IMG/VR virus record: IMGVR_UViG_3300042934_000212
Reading direction: 5' to 3' (one strand)
Source: a virus
Taxonomy: Duplodnaviria; Heunggongvirae; Uroviricota; Caudoviricetes
DNA: 64,000 nucleotides
Numbering within the stretch: the first letter of the stretch is position 1; every line of letters starts with the position of its first letter. Below the pieces are notes generated by a model. The model searched no databases and was not told the origin of the DNA. It saw nothing but the letters and a program-made list of their open reading frames with translations. The position numbers and the translations under genes were made by a program. Positions 63,747-64,000 of the stretch are shown here, piece by piece.

Positions 63747-64000
63747 ATGTATTCTATAAAAACTGATCTTGGCGTATCTGGTAATTCAACAATCGAAAAA
63801 GATTTGTTGGTCAAGGGTAGTGCGGTTATTGAGAAAGATCTTACCGTAAATGGTACTGTCAATTTCGCTAATGCAGTATTCACTCAGATCACTGTCACAG
63901 GTGCAGCAAATCTTAAAGATGTAAACTCTACAGGCACTGCGGCATTAAATGACGTTTCTGCAACTGGTAACACAATCCTTGGTAATTCCGATACCAATTC
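63747..64000 (+). CDS. Fibre-like protein (runs off window edge)
   Basis: Not in the track: MYSIKTDLGVSGNSTIEKDLLVKGSAVIEKDLTVNGTV... with beta repeats; GGAGG RBS; late box at 63682. Confidence 0.7.
   Translation, partial: MYSIKTDLGVSGNSTIEKDLLVKGSAVIEKDLTVNGTVNFANAVFTQITVTGAANLKDVNSTGTAALNDVSATGNTILGNSDTN

Overview
This 64 kb window is the morphogenesis and replication core of an AT-rich, T4-related jumbo myovirus. The gene set and order resemble RaK2/GAP32/121Q-type enterobacterial jumbo phages; that is an inference from recalled gene content, not a database result. Left to right: gp32-like SSB (partial), large terminase with a degenerate terminase-ATPase paralog, RNase H, GroES, sliding clamp, family-B DNA polymerase, tail fibre and chaperone, head module (gp23/22/21/20), tape-measure candidate, gp26/gp51-like chaperone pair, endonuclease VII, gp46/47, gp55 late sigma, baseplate module (gp5 spike, second lysozyme, gp25, gp6, a 3.3k-aa wedge protein), ClpA, neck/tail-completion genes, a Nudix hydrolase and fibre-like proteins. 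Two promoter classes are readable directly: nine minus-strand TGAAAC-N17-TATAAT sites and many (A)TAAATA late boxes. The most unusual signals are (1) a ~750 bp ORF-free, promoter-driven, densely self-complementary locus at 26.48-27.22 kb (candidate large ncRNA or replication-primer RNA), (2) a T TTT TTC -1 frameshift site that would fuse the gp26-like and gp51-like ORFs in the manner of lambda G/G-T, and (3) an apparently inactive terminase-ATPase copy beside terL. No tRNA, rRNA, CRISPR array, intron or intein was recognised. All assignments come from motif recognition by eye.
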